This document shows positions 29,877 through 38,285 of a DNA stretch of 64,000 nt, one piece after another. The stretch's first letter is position 1; the number at the start of each line of letters is the position of its first letter. Below the pieces are notes generated by a model. It was given only the letters and a program-made list of their open reading frames with translations, was not told the origin of the DNA and did no database searches. The position numbers and the translations under genes are program-made. The stretch covers positions 89,667 to 153,666 of the forward strand of contig JBGAFJ010000003.1 of NCBI GenBank assembly GCA_044227305.1. The letters are read 5' to 3'. The stretch is from Cyclobacteriaceae bacterium. Its GTDB lineage: Bacteria; Bacteroidota; Bacteroidia; Cytophagales; Cyclobacteriaceae.

Positions 29877-31016
29877 TCAGTATCGGGTTAAAGTTTCTTT
29901 TCGAATCACACACTTCACCTTTAGGGAATCTTTTTTCCATTTCAATAAAAGATTCAGGCTATCGGGAGACACGCGATCAAACTTCCATGTGACAGGTGCG
30001 ATATTCCACTCATTGCGGCTGTTGGTGAAGTTGACCGCGAGCTGTTGTTTGGCCGAGTCGAGTGTAAACCGGAAACGGTCACGAACGAAATCACTCCTGA
30101 TCACGCCGTTGAATCCGTCGAAGAAAAGACGATCCGCAAAGAGTGTATCGGCTCGTTGCATCGGGATCCATGCCTCGTTCTTCCACTCATAAAGACTTAC
30201 CGTTTTCCAGGGACCCTGCACAGGTGTGTTAGCCACATGGGTGCTCGCGTATTTATAGGTTCCGAATGCACCCTGCCCGGCCGTCCAGAGGATGTAAGCA
30301 AGCGCCCCGAAGTTCAGAACCATGCTTGAAATCTTCAGCCATCTCGGTCTTTCCACGACGATCTCCGGTCTGGGTCCTGTGATCTTATTCGCAATGAAGA
30401 AATTCCAGAGGCGTGTAAATTCCTGCATTAAAAGATAAACCGATAACACCGTGTAGATGCCGGAATTAAGTTTCACGCATACGTCGAAAAATATGTTGAC
30501 CAGAAACACATTGAGCATGACCACGAACATGATCAGCGCGCCCAGCAACGATGTGCGACGGAACAGGAGCAGCACAGCAGGAATCACTTCACCCCAGCCA
30601 AGAAATATCTGATAACCGCGCGAATAGCCGAAGAATGACCAGGCCACACGCATGGGACTCAGTTCGATGAAGCGCGCGTCCATGTTGGCCATAAGGTGCG
30701 GAAACTGCGAGGCAAACACTTTTGCAAATCCGTAGCTCAGAATAATCGACGCAAGAAAGTACCGGATAATCGTGATCAGCAGTGACTGAACCGCGAACGC
30801 ATGTGGAATCTTTGAATACAGAAACAGAAATATCAACCCCAGACCGGCACCGAGTCCCATCCCCTGGTACAGCACCTGGAAGTTTTGCGGATAGTCACCG
30901 CAGCCACCAGGAGACTTTTGAAAGAATATGCTGAAGGCTGCTCCCACCAACGCAAATCCGACAAGGGCATTGAGAGAGCGAACAGATACCAAGGGTTGCG
31001 ATTGGTTCATGGGCAT
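29877..31016 (-). CDS. DoxX-like multi-pass membrane protein, paralog 1
   Basis: YGFAKVFASQF, AWSFFGYS, GEVIPAVLLLFRRTSLLGA and DVCVK motifs. Colinear with the downstream paralog. Confidence 0.7.
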   Translation of the reverse strand: MPMNQSQPLVSVRSLNALVGFALVGAAFSIFFQKSPGGCGDYPQNFQVLYQGMGLGAGLGLIFLFLYSKIPHAFAVQSLLITIIRYFLASIILSYGFAKVFASQFPHLMANMDARFIELSPMRVAWSFFGYSRGYQIFLGWGEVIPAVLLLFRRTSLLGALIMFVVMLNVFLVNIFFDVCVKLNSGIYTVLSVYLLMQEFTRLWNFFIANKITGPRPEIVVERPRWLKISSMVLNFGALAYILWTAGQGAFGTYKYASTHVANTPVQGPWKTVSLYEWKNEAWIPMQRADTLFADRLFFDGFNGVIRSDFVRDRFRFTLDSAKQQLAVNFTNSRNEWNIAPVTWKFDRVSPDSLNLLLKWKKDSLKVKCVIRKETLTRY

Positions 31017-31021
31017 AACGT

Positions 31022-31037
31022 ATAGATTTAAATCTAT
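31022..31037. promoter_or_regulatory. Perfect 16-bp palindrome ATAGATTTAAATCTAT, candidate operator
   Basis: Lies 6-21 nt upstream of the ATG at 31016. Confidence 0.45.
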
Positions 31038-31166
31038 CAGTTAAGTCCCTAAGATCAAAGAATGAAAGTTTGAGTGGCAGGAGATTTATGCTTTCAGAAC
31101 TGTCAGGTCCACAAAAGAGGGAATTTTGTGAACTGAACGGAGTGGGTGAGTAGACATTAAAACTTG

Positions 31167-31979
31167 CTACAGACTTTTCGCGCGGTTCCAGTAGACATCC
31201 ATTTCCGCGAGCGTCATGTCACCGATCTTTTTTCCGTCTTTGGCCGACTCTGTTTCGAGGTATTGAAAGCGTTTGATGAATTTTTTGTTGGTGCGTTCCA
31301 GCGCCTCTTCCGGATCAATGTTGATGAAACGCGCGTAGTTGACGAGTGAGAAAAGGAGGTCACCGAATTCATTCATCGCCTTTGTCTGGTCGATGGGTTT
31401 GTCTGAAGAGACATTAAATTCTTTTTTGAATTCCTCCATCTCCTCCTCCACTTTCTCCCAAACCTGTTCCTTTTTCTCCCAGTCAAATCCTATTCCCCTT
31501 GCCTTATCCTGGATGCGGATCGCCTTTACCAGTGCCGGCAACGAGCCGGGAACACCGGCAAGTACGGATTTGCTCCCCGACTTCAGCTTGATCCTTTCCC
31601 AATTTGCTTTCACAGTTTCATCATCGTTGGCGATGACATCGCCATACACATGCGGATGTCTCTCGATCAGTTTATCGCAAATCGCGTTGAGTACATCAGC
31701 CATGTCGAAGGCCTTCATCTCCGAGGCGATCCTCGCGTAAAACACGTTGTGCAGCATGAGATCCCCCAACTCCTTTTTGATCTCCGTGAGGTTTCCATCG
31801 AGAATAGAATCGGACAATTCATAGGTTTCCTCGATCGTGAGGTGACGCAGACTTTCGAGGGTTTGTTTCTTATCCCAGGGACAGTTTTCGCGCAATTCAT
31901 CCATCACCGTCAAAAGGCGGTTAAACGCCTTCAGTTTCGCTTCGCGGTTAGGATCAGGTGCTACAGGTGGTTTTCGCAT
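31167..31979 (-). CDS. mazG: Nucleoside triphosphate pyrophosphohydrolase MazG
   Basis: LRENCPWDKKQT, EETYEL, ELGDL, RHPHVYG, EFGDLLFSLVN and TNKKFIKRF motifs. Start at MRKPP (31979) or 31988. Confidence 0.95.
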   Translation of the reverse strand: MRKPPVAPDPNREAKLKAFNRLLTVMDELRENCPWDKKQTLESLRHLTIEETYELSDSILDGNLTEIKKELGDLMLHNVFYARIASEMKAFDMADVLNAICDKLIERHPHVYGDVIANDDETVKANWERIKLKSGSKSVLAGVPGSLPALVKAIRIQDKARGIGFDWEKKEQVWEKVEEEMEEFKKEFNVSSDKPIDQTKAMNEFGDLLFSLVNYARFINIDPEEALERTNKKFIKRFQYLETESAKDGKKIGDMTLAEMDVYWNRAKSL

Positions 31980-32013
31980 GGGAATCAAACTTTATCTGGA
32001 ATATTTATGTTCG

Positions 32014-32021
32014 TATCTTTG
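32014..32021 (+). promoter_or_regulatory. Bacteroidota -7 box (TATCTTTG)
   Basis: TAnnTTTG 18 nt upstream of the ATG at 32040. Confidence 0.55.
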
Positions 32022-32039
32022 AAGCAAGTTAGAATCATC

Positions 32040-32279
32040 ATGGCAGTATTCTTATTAACACTGGCAATTTTCGCAGCGTTTTTCGCGCTGATGTCCGTGC
32101 GCCTGATCTTCATCAAGAATGGCGAGTTCAGGGGAACCTGTGCGAGCCAAAGTCCATTCCTTGCCAAAGAGGGTATTGTGTGTGGCTATTGCGGCAAGAC
32201 GCTTGGTCAGGGTGAAGACTGCCCCAACGCCGACCAGCAAGATCAGATGCTTGCTCCACTCCCGGACCTGAAGAAGTAA
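32040..32279 (+). CDS. Small membrane protein (79 aa) with Cys cluster, NqrM-like pattern
   Basis: MAVFLLTLAIFAAFFALMSVRLIF TM segment, then GTCAS...CGYCG...DC. Has its own promoter box. It is the 3' part of the 31650 ORF. Confidence 0.75.
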   Translation: MAVFLLTLAIFAAFFALMSVRLIFIKNGEFRGTCASQSPFLAKEGIVCGYCGKTLGQGEDCPNADQQDQMLAPLPDLKK

Positions 32280-32350
32280 CCTTGCCGGCAATTGCCGCAT
32301 CGTCCCGTTCAGAAACAACGCGTCAGACGCAGATTCCTTCTAAGATTCAC

Positions 32351-32358
32351 TAAGTTTG
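32351..32358 (+). promoter_or_regulatory. Bacteroidota -7 box (TAAGTTTG)
   Basis: TAnnTTTG 23 nt upstream of glmM. Confidence 0.55.
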
Positions 32359-32381
32359 CGTGATCATTATTTATTCATCAC

Positions 32382-33770
32382 GTGACTTTAATAAAATCAA
32401 TCTCGGGTATTCGCGGCACAATCGGTGGCACCCCAGGTGACTCGCTCACACCCCTCGATGCCGTCAAGTTTGCAGCAGCATTCGGAAATTGGGTTCAGTC
32501 CCGCAAAGGAAAAAAAATCGTCATCGGCCGCGACGCACGTTTGTCGGGAGAGATGATGACGTCTTTGGTAAGTGCTACGTTGCAAGGATTAGGACTTCAT
32601 GTTATTGACCTCGGGTTATCGACCACCCCCACGGTTGAACTTGCAGTAACGCTGGAAAAAGCATCAGGCGGAATTATTCTTACCGCCAGCCACAATCCCA
32701 TTCAATGGAATGCGCTGAAGCTCCTGAATGAGAAAGGAGAATTCATTTCCGCTGACGATGGTGCTGAAATTTTGAAACTGGCTGCCGCGGAGAAGTTTAG
32801 TTTTGCTGAAGTGTTAAACCTGGGATCGTATGAAAAGAAGAACCACTACATTAAGAAACACATCGATCTCATTCTGAAATACAAACATGTCGATGTAGCA
32901 GCTATCAGGAAAGCAAAATTCAGGATCGCTGTTGACGCAGTAAACTCCACCGGTGGTATCGCCGTTCCGATGTTGCTGGAAAAGCTAGGCGTAAAGAGCA
33001 TCAAAAAATTGTTTTGCGATCCCACCGGAAAATTTCCTCATAATCCCGAACCGCTGCCGGAGCACCTGAAGGAAATTTCAAAGGTGGTGAAAAAAGAAAA
33101 GTGCGACCTTGGCATTGTGGTCGATCCGGATGTGGACCGGCTCGCTTTGATTCAGGAAGACGGCAAACCATTTGGTGAAGAGTACACACTCGTTGCCGTT
33201 GCCGATTATATCCTGAAAAGAAAAAAAGGCAACACGGTTTCAAATCTTTCGTCGACGCGGGCATTGCGAGATGTGACGGAAGCAGCCAAAGGAACTTATA
33301 CAGCAGCTGCCGTTGGAGAAGTGAATGTTGTGAATGCGATGAAGTCCACGAAAGCCGTAATCGGAGGTGAAGGCAATGGGGGCATCATCGTTCCCGATTT
33401 CCATTATGGCCGTGATGCGCTGATCGGCATCGCATTATTTCTTTCCCACCTGGCCAAATCAAAAATGAAAGCGTCGGAGTTACGCGCTAGCTATCCGCCC
33501 TATTTCATCTCGAAGAACAAGATCGAACTGACACCACAGATAAATGTTGACGATATACTCGTGCAGATCCGGAAAAAGTACGAGGGGGAAAAAGTGAATA
33601 CGATCGACGGGGTAAAAATTGACTTTGAAAAAGAGCGGGAATGGGTGCATTTGCGGAAATCCAATACTGAGCCGATCATTCGCATCTATGCCGAATCTCA
33701 GGACGAAAAATCGGCAGGTACACTCGCAAACCGCATTATTGCTGATATACAAAACCTCATAAAATCGTAA
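32382..33770 (+). CDS. glmM: Phosphoglucosamine mutase (alpha-D-phosphohexomutase family)
   Basis: SISGIRG, IGRDAR, TASHNP (active Ser), DPDVDR and GGEGNGG motifs. Confidence 0.9.
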   Translation: MTLIKSISGIRGTIGGTPGDSLTPLDAVKFAAAFGNWVQSRKGKKIVIGRDARLSGEMMTSLVSATLQGLGLHVIDLGLSTTPTVELAVTLEKASGGIILTASHNPIQWNALKLLNEKGEFISADDGAEILKLAAAEKFSFAEVLNLGSYEKKNHYIKKHIDLILKYKHVDVAAIRKAKFRIAVDAVNSTGGIAVPMLLEKLGVKSIKKLFCDPTGKFPHNPEPLPEHLKEISKVVKKEKCDLGIVVDPDVDRLALIQEDGKPFGEEYTLVAVADYILKRKKGNTVSNLSSTRALRDVTEAAKGTYTAAAVGEVNVVNAMKSTKAVIGGEGNGGIIVPDFHYGRDALIGIALFLSHLAKSKMKASELRASYPPYFISKNKIELTPQINVDDILVQIRKKYEGEKVNTIDGVKIDFEKEREWVHLRKSNTEPIIRIYAESQDEKSAGTLANRIIADIQNLIKS

Positions 33771-33796
33771 TTTTGAGCTTTTAAAATCCGTTCCCA

Positions 33797-34936
33797 ATGC
33801 GCGTCTATCTCGACAACGCCGCCACCACGCCCCTCGACAAAGAGGTTTTCGATGCCATGGCTCCCTTTATGCTGGAAGATTTCGGCAACCCATCTTCCAC
33901 GCATTCCCATGGACGTAAGGTGCGGGCTGCGATCGAATCGTCTCGCAAGAAGATTGCCGAACTTCTCAACTGCACACCGGGTGAAATCATCTTCACATCC
34001 GGCGGCACCGAAGCTGACAATACTTTGATCACCAGTGGTATCTCCACCTACAATATCAGACACGCGATCTCTACGCCTATCGAGCATCACGCGGTAACGC
34101 ACACGCTCGAAATTCTGGAAAAGAAAGGCGTCATCGAACTGCACCACGTTAATCTGGATGAGAAAGGTCACGTTGATATGGCTCATCTGGAAAAACTGTT
34201 ACAGCAATATCCTAACGCCCTCGTGTCATTGATGCATGCCAACAATGAAATCGGCAACCTGCTCGACATTCAAAAAACAGGCGAGCTTTCGAAAAAATAT
34301 AATGCATTCTTTCATTCCGACACGGTACAGACCATGGGTCATTATCGTCACAATATGAAGGAACTACACGTATGCGGATTGACAGCTGGCGCTCATAAAT
34401 TCCACGGACCGAAGGGTGTTGGTTTCATGTACATCCAGAAAGACAGAAAAATCGCGCAGCTGATCCACGGTGGTGCGCAGGAAAGAAATATGCGCGGCGG
34501 TACTGAAAACGTATACGGCATTATCGGAATGGCGAAAGCACTTGAGATCGCCTATCGCGACATGGAGGAACATACGCGACATATCCAGGCACTTAAGTCA
34601 CGCATGATCGCCAAGCTTAAAGAAAATGTACCGGGGGTCACCTTCCATGGAGATTCAGCAAACCTGGAACGAAGCCTTTATACCGTTTTAAACGTAAGCC
34701 TTCCGGAGTCGGAAGAAAATGACATGGTGTTGTTTAACCTAGACTTGCAGGGAATTTCAGCCTCGGGTGGTAGTGCCTGCAGCAGCGGCGCTTCAACAGG
34801 ATCGCACGTGCTGGGCGCGCTGTATCCGAATTCAAAGCGTGGCGCTGTTCGCTTTTCATTCAGCAAGTACAATACGAAAGAGGAGATCGACTTCGCGTCC
34901 GAAAAACTGGGAGAACTTTATAAGGTTAACGCGTAG
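33797..34936 (+). CDS. Cysteine desulfurase (IscS/NifS group)
   Basis: YLDNAATT, FTSGGTE, MHANNEIG, AHKFHGPKG (PLP Lys) and SGGSACSSG (catalytic Cys). TAATTTTG box at 33768. Confidence 0.95.
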   Translation: MRVYLDNAATTPLDKEVFDAMAPFMLEDFGNPSSTHSHGRKVRAAIESSRKKIAELLNCTPGEIIFTSGGTEADNTLITSGISTYNIRHAISTPIEHHAVTHTLEILEKKGVIELHHVNLDEKGHVDMAHLEKLLQQYPNALVSLMHANNEIGNLLDIQKTGELSKKYNAFFHSDTVQTMGHYRHNMKELHVCGLTAGAHKFHGPKGVGFMYIQKDRKIAQLIHGGAQERNMRGGTENVYGIIGMAKALEIAYRDMEEHTRHIQALKSRMIAKLKENVPGVTFHGDSANLERSLYTVLNVSLPESEENDMVLFNLDLQGISASGGSACSSGASTGSHVLGALYPNSKRGAVRFSFSKYNTKEEIDFASEKLGELYKVNA

Positions 34937-34974
34937 GCGTCGTTTCCTTTTTACGAATTATAATTTTTTAAGCT

Positions 34975-35766
34975 TTGCCTGAACAGATCAAGTTGTCATT
35001 TATTGGCTCAGGAAATCTCGCCTGGCATCTTGCGCCGGCACTGGAGAACGCGGGATATGTCGTCACTGAAGTGTACAGTCGCAATCCACGGCACGCAGAA
35101 GATCTGACCGAACGGCTCTACCAGGCTGTTGTGAAGCGATCGCTCGATTTCTCGTCAAGCACATCGCGGGTTTTCTTTATAGCGGCCAGCGATGATGCCA
35201 TTGAAGACATTGCCACAGAGATCGTCCTTCCCGATGAGGCTGTGCTGGTTCACACTTCGGGAAGTCAGTCGTTGGAGATCCTTCAATTTGCCGCCATCGA
35301 AAACACGGGTGTGTTTTATCCCCTTCAGACGTTCAGCAAAAGCAAGCGGGTGGATTTTAAAAACGTGCCCATTTTCCTTGAAAGCGGAAGTGAAGTTGCC
35401 GGCAAGACGATGACCACGCTGGCGAAAGCGATCAGCAACGACGTACGACAAACAACCTCCGACGAAAGAAAAGCACTCCACGTAGCAGCGGTATTTGCGT
35501 CGAACTTCGCGAACCACATGCTCACCTTGTCGAAAGAAATTCTTCAAAAAAATGATCTGAGTTTTGATCTTCTTAAGCCTCTCATCACCGAGACTTTCAA
35601 TAAGAGTCTTATGAATGGCCCGGAGCGATCGCAAACCGGACCTGCCGTGCGCGGTGATCTGGAGGTCCTGGACCGTCATCTTGAGTTCCTGAAAGAAGAG
35701 GAAGCGCTGGCGAATATTTACAAGATTATCAGCCAGGATATTTTGGATAGATATCAGCCGGAGTAG
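34975..35766 (+). CDS. Rossmann-like plus DUF2520 domain oxidoreductase
   Basis: FIGSGNLA, VHTSGS, FYPLQTFS, LHVAAVFASNF and QTGPAVRGD motifs. TTG start. Confidence 0.9.
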   Translation: MPEQIKLSFIGSGNLAWHLAPALENAGYVVTEVYSRNPRHAEDLTERLYQAVVKRSLDFSSSTSRVFFIAASDDAIEDIATEIVLPDEAVLVHTSGSQSLEILQFAAIENTGVFYPLQTFSKSKRVDFKNVPIFLESGSEVAGKTMTTLAKAISNDVRQTTSDERKALHVAAVFASNFANHMLTLSKEILQKNDLSFDLLKPLITETFNKSLMNGPERSQTGPAVRGDLEVLDRHLEFLKEEEALANIYKIISQDILDRYQPE

Positions 35767-35790
35767 TTAGGTCTGCCACGTTCGGAGGAA

Positions 35791-36040
35791 GTCGACCTGA
35801 GCGCCTGCCTGCCGGCAGGCAGGGAGTCGGCCAGAGCGAAGTCGAAGGCCTGTATTGGCAAGTTGGCTGTTGGTAGTTGGCTCCCGATAGTCATCGAGAT
35901 GGCAATTTCTCGCTGCGCGAGAACAGTTGGCAACTTTTGCAGTCCAGTCACTTGAATGTTCTGAACTGCATAAACCCATGCAATTCGTTTGGAGCGATTT
36001 TGCGAACTGTCGGAGCGCAGCGACGATTTTGCCAACTTGT
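35791..36040. repeat. Cluster of nested palindromic REP-like elements
   Basis: CCTGCCTGCCGGCAGGCAGG perfect palindrome (35804-35823), degenerate TCCCGATAGTCATCGAGA (35882-35899), TTCTCGC-tgc-GCGAGAA hairpin, and a right arm at 36001-36037 matching the reverse complement of the 28590 arm. Confidence 0.8.
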
Positions 36041-36091
36041 TATATTGAGTTATCAAAATCCGAAGGTCACCCCTATTTCGTTTATTCCCCT

Positions 36092-36634
36092 ATGGAACGA
36101 CGCATCTATAATCCCGTCCAAAAGGACTATGTCACGTTTTTAAAAACCTCCGATGAAACCAACGGCGAGTCAACTCTGGTGGAGGTGGAACTCGCCCCCA
36201 AAGGAGGTGTCGGTATCCATTATCATAAAACCTACTCCGAGAGATTTGATTGCCTCGAAGGTGAGTTGAAAGTGCAGGCGGGAAAAACAATTCATACGTT
36301 GTCACCTGGGCAAACCATTACCGCCCAGCCGTTCATCAATCACCGGTTCTTTAACACATCAGATAACGTGTGCAAGTTTCGGGTGGAGCTGAAGCCTGCG
36401 AGCAAGGGATTTGAGCAGTCATTGCAGATTGGTTATGGCCTCGCCCGAGACGGTCAAACCAACGACAAAGGGTTTCCCAAAGACAAGCTGGCATTGGCGT
36501 GGTTGTTCGAGATCAGCGAAAGCAACCTGCCGGGATGGATGAGCATTTTCGAATTCATTCTACGACGTCAGGCAAAGGCGGCCAAAGCGAAGGGGATTGA
36601 TAAGAAATTGATTGAAAAATACGTACGATTTTAG
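36092..36634 (+). CDS. Cupin domain protein
   Basis: Start MERRIYNPVQKD (36092). PKGGVGIHYH...ERF...EGEL and HRFFN cupin motifs. Confidence 0.85.
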   Translation: MERRIYNPVQKDYVTFLKTSDETNGESTLVEVELAPKGGVGIHYHKTYSERFDCLEGELKVQAGKTIHTLSPGQTITAQPFINHRFFNTSDNVCKFRVELKPASKGFEQSLQIGYGLARDGQTNDKGFPKDKLALAWLFEISESNLPGWMSIFEFILRRQAKAAKAKGIDKKLIEKYVRF

Positions 36635-36872
36635 CTTGGAGGTTTGTTAGTAATAAGCCTTAAATAGAATGGCGTGGCTTACTCTGAATGATAGGGATGA
36701 CCTTCGATCAACGTTCCAAAGGTCAATAGCTAACGGCCAATAGCCAATGCCTGTCCGGGAGGTCTGTACAACGATTTAACCGTTTGTTCCAGGCGAAAAC
36801 CATCTTCATATTTCCACATTTTCAAATCTTCAAATCAAAGACTACTTTTAGTTTGAATCAAAAACTTAAACC

Positions 36873-37622
36873 ATGCGTACGCTCATACTTCTCATTGCAT
36901 GCAGCCTTCTCTGCGGAGGAGCTCTTGCTCAAGGTAAACCTCGTGAAACATTGGAACCAACCGTCACGGAGGTTTGGGATCTGAAACCAGTGAAGATCAC
37001 CCCTGCCGCCACCCCGGGCGGAGCACCTTCTGATGCCACTATTATTTTCGACGGAAAAGACTTAAGCAAATGGGTTTCTGCGAAAGATGGCAGCGAGGCA
37101 AAGTGGGAAGTGAAAGACGGCGCCTTTACGGTGGCAAAGGGAACCGGGGATATCAAAACAAAACAGGCTTTCGGTGACATGCAGCTTCACATCGAGTGGA
37201 GAACACCGGCGAAAGTGGAAGGTGATGGACAAGGCCGCGGCAACAGCGGAATCTTCCTTCAGGAACGCTACGAACTCCAGGTGCTCGACAGCTATGAGAG
37301 TCCTACGTACTCCAATGGACAGGCAAGTTCCATATACAAGCAAGCAATTCCTTTGGTGAACGCTTGTTTAAAACCAGGCGAATGGCAAACCTACGATGTG
37401 ATCTATACGGCACCCCGATTCAGTGAAAACGGTCGCGTGATCATACCTGGTCACATCACGGTATTACAAAATGGAGTATTGACTTTGAACAATCAACCTA
37501 TCTCGGGCCCGACTGAATACAAAGGTCTGCCCGTTTATCAATCGCACGGAAAAGCTTCGATCAAACTTCAGGATCACGGCAACCCGGTGAGCTACCGGAA
37601 TATCTGGGTGAGAGAATTGTAA
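36873..37622 (+). CDS. DUF1080 (3-keto-disaccharide hydrolase) family protein
   Basis: Signal peptide. PSDATIIFDGKDL, FGDMQLHIEW, GNSGIF, YELQVLDS, GEWQTYD and LQDHGNPVSYRNIW motifs. Confidence 0.93.
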   Translation: MRTLILLIACSLLCGGALAQGKPRETLEPTVTEVWDLKPVKITPAATPGGAPSDATIIFDGKDLSKWVSAKDGSEAKWEVKDGAFTVAKGTGDIKTKQAFGDMQLHIEWRTPAKVEGDGQGRGNSGIFLQERYELQVLDSYESPTYSNGQASSIYKQAIPLVNACLKPGEWQTYDVIYTAPRFSENGRVIIPGHITVLQNGVLTLNNQPISGPTEYKGLPVYQSHGKASIKLQDHGNPVSYRNIWVREL

Positions 37623-37642
37623 ACTCCTACCCGAAGACAAAT

Positions 37643-37674
37643 AAAAAAGTCAGGTTGTTCACCTGACTTTTTTT
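37643..37674. terminator. Bidirectional intrinsic terminator
   Basis: AAAAAAGTCAGGT-tgttc-ACCTGACTTTTTT between convergent genes. Confidence 0.9.
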
Positions 37675-37706
37675 ATGAATTGAGAATTACTCTTTTGCTG
37701 AAATAA

Positions 37707-38120
37707 TTATTGGTTCGTTGCAACAACTTCTCCGTGGATGCGCAACTGGATCACACCATTCTCAACGTTGGCCATCACCGTCACCGACTTATCGAAGGTG
37801 CCGACGGCAGCAGCGTTGTAAGTAGCTTTCACAAAACCTCTTCCATTCGGAGGGATGGGGTCTTTGGTCCAGTCGGGTGTTGTGCAACCGCAGGATGCAG
37901 ACACGTTGGTGATCACCATCGGTACTTTACTCTTGTTTGTAAACACAAATTCATGTGTGGCAGGCACACCTTGCTTCACTTTTCCGAAGTCAAAGTTTTG
38001 CGTGTCAAAAGCGGGAACAGCGACATCAGCCTTGGCTGCGCCTGACGCTGTGGCCGTAGTTTGGCTGAAGCCGACAGTGGCGATCAGCGCAAAAGCCGCT
38101 AAACAGATCAATTTTTTCAT
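37707..38120 (-). CDS. DUF1573 domain secreted protein
   Basis: Signal peptide, FDFGKV, HEFVFTN, SASCGCTTP and YNAAAVGTFDKSVTV motifs. Confidence 0.92.
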   Translation of the reverse strand: MKKLICLAAFALIATVGFSQTTATASGAAKADVAVPAFDTQNFDFGKVKQGVPATHEFVFTNKSKVPMVITNVSASCGCTTPDWTKDPIPPNGRGFVKATYNAAAVGTFDKSVTVMANVENGVIQLRIHGEVVATNQ

Positions 38121-38196
38121 CTCTTGTTGATTTTAGTGTTAAAATTACTGGGTTCGTCCGAACGATACAAACGTCGTGTCAAAATCCGGGCCGGGG

Positions 38197-38234
38197 TGTT
38201 AAGGAACTCATAATTGATGTTAATGACTTGTTAA
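38197..38234. promoter_or_regulatory. Tandem TGTTAA direct repeats with 10-11 bp periodicity, candidate OmpR-family binding site
   Basis: TGTTAA at 38197, 38218 and 38229, with degenerate TCATAA at 38208. Lies between DUF1573 and the divergent HK-RR operon. Confidence 0.5.
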
Positions 38235-38285
38235 ACCCCAAAAGGCACGATCCCGATAGCCATAAATACAAATTACCTTTACAAG

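Noticed and set aside
31650-32039. 5' extension of the 209-aa ORF
   Set aside because: It overlaps mazG antisense. The real gene most likely starts at 32040, behind its own promoter box.
36650-36725. Two weak hairpins (taagcc/ggctta and tgacctt/aaggtca) as a possible ncRNA or riboswitch
   Set aside because: Stems are only 6-7 bp and I recognise no riboswitch consensus. An Infernal/Rfam scan would be needed.
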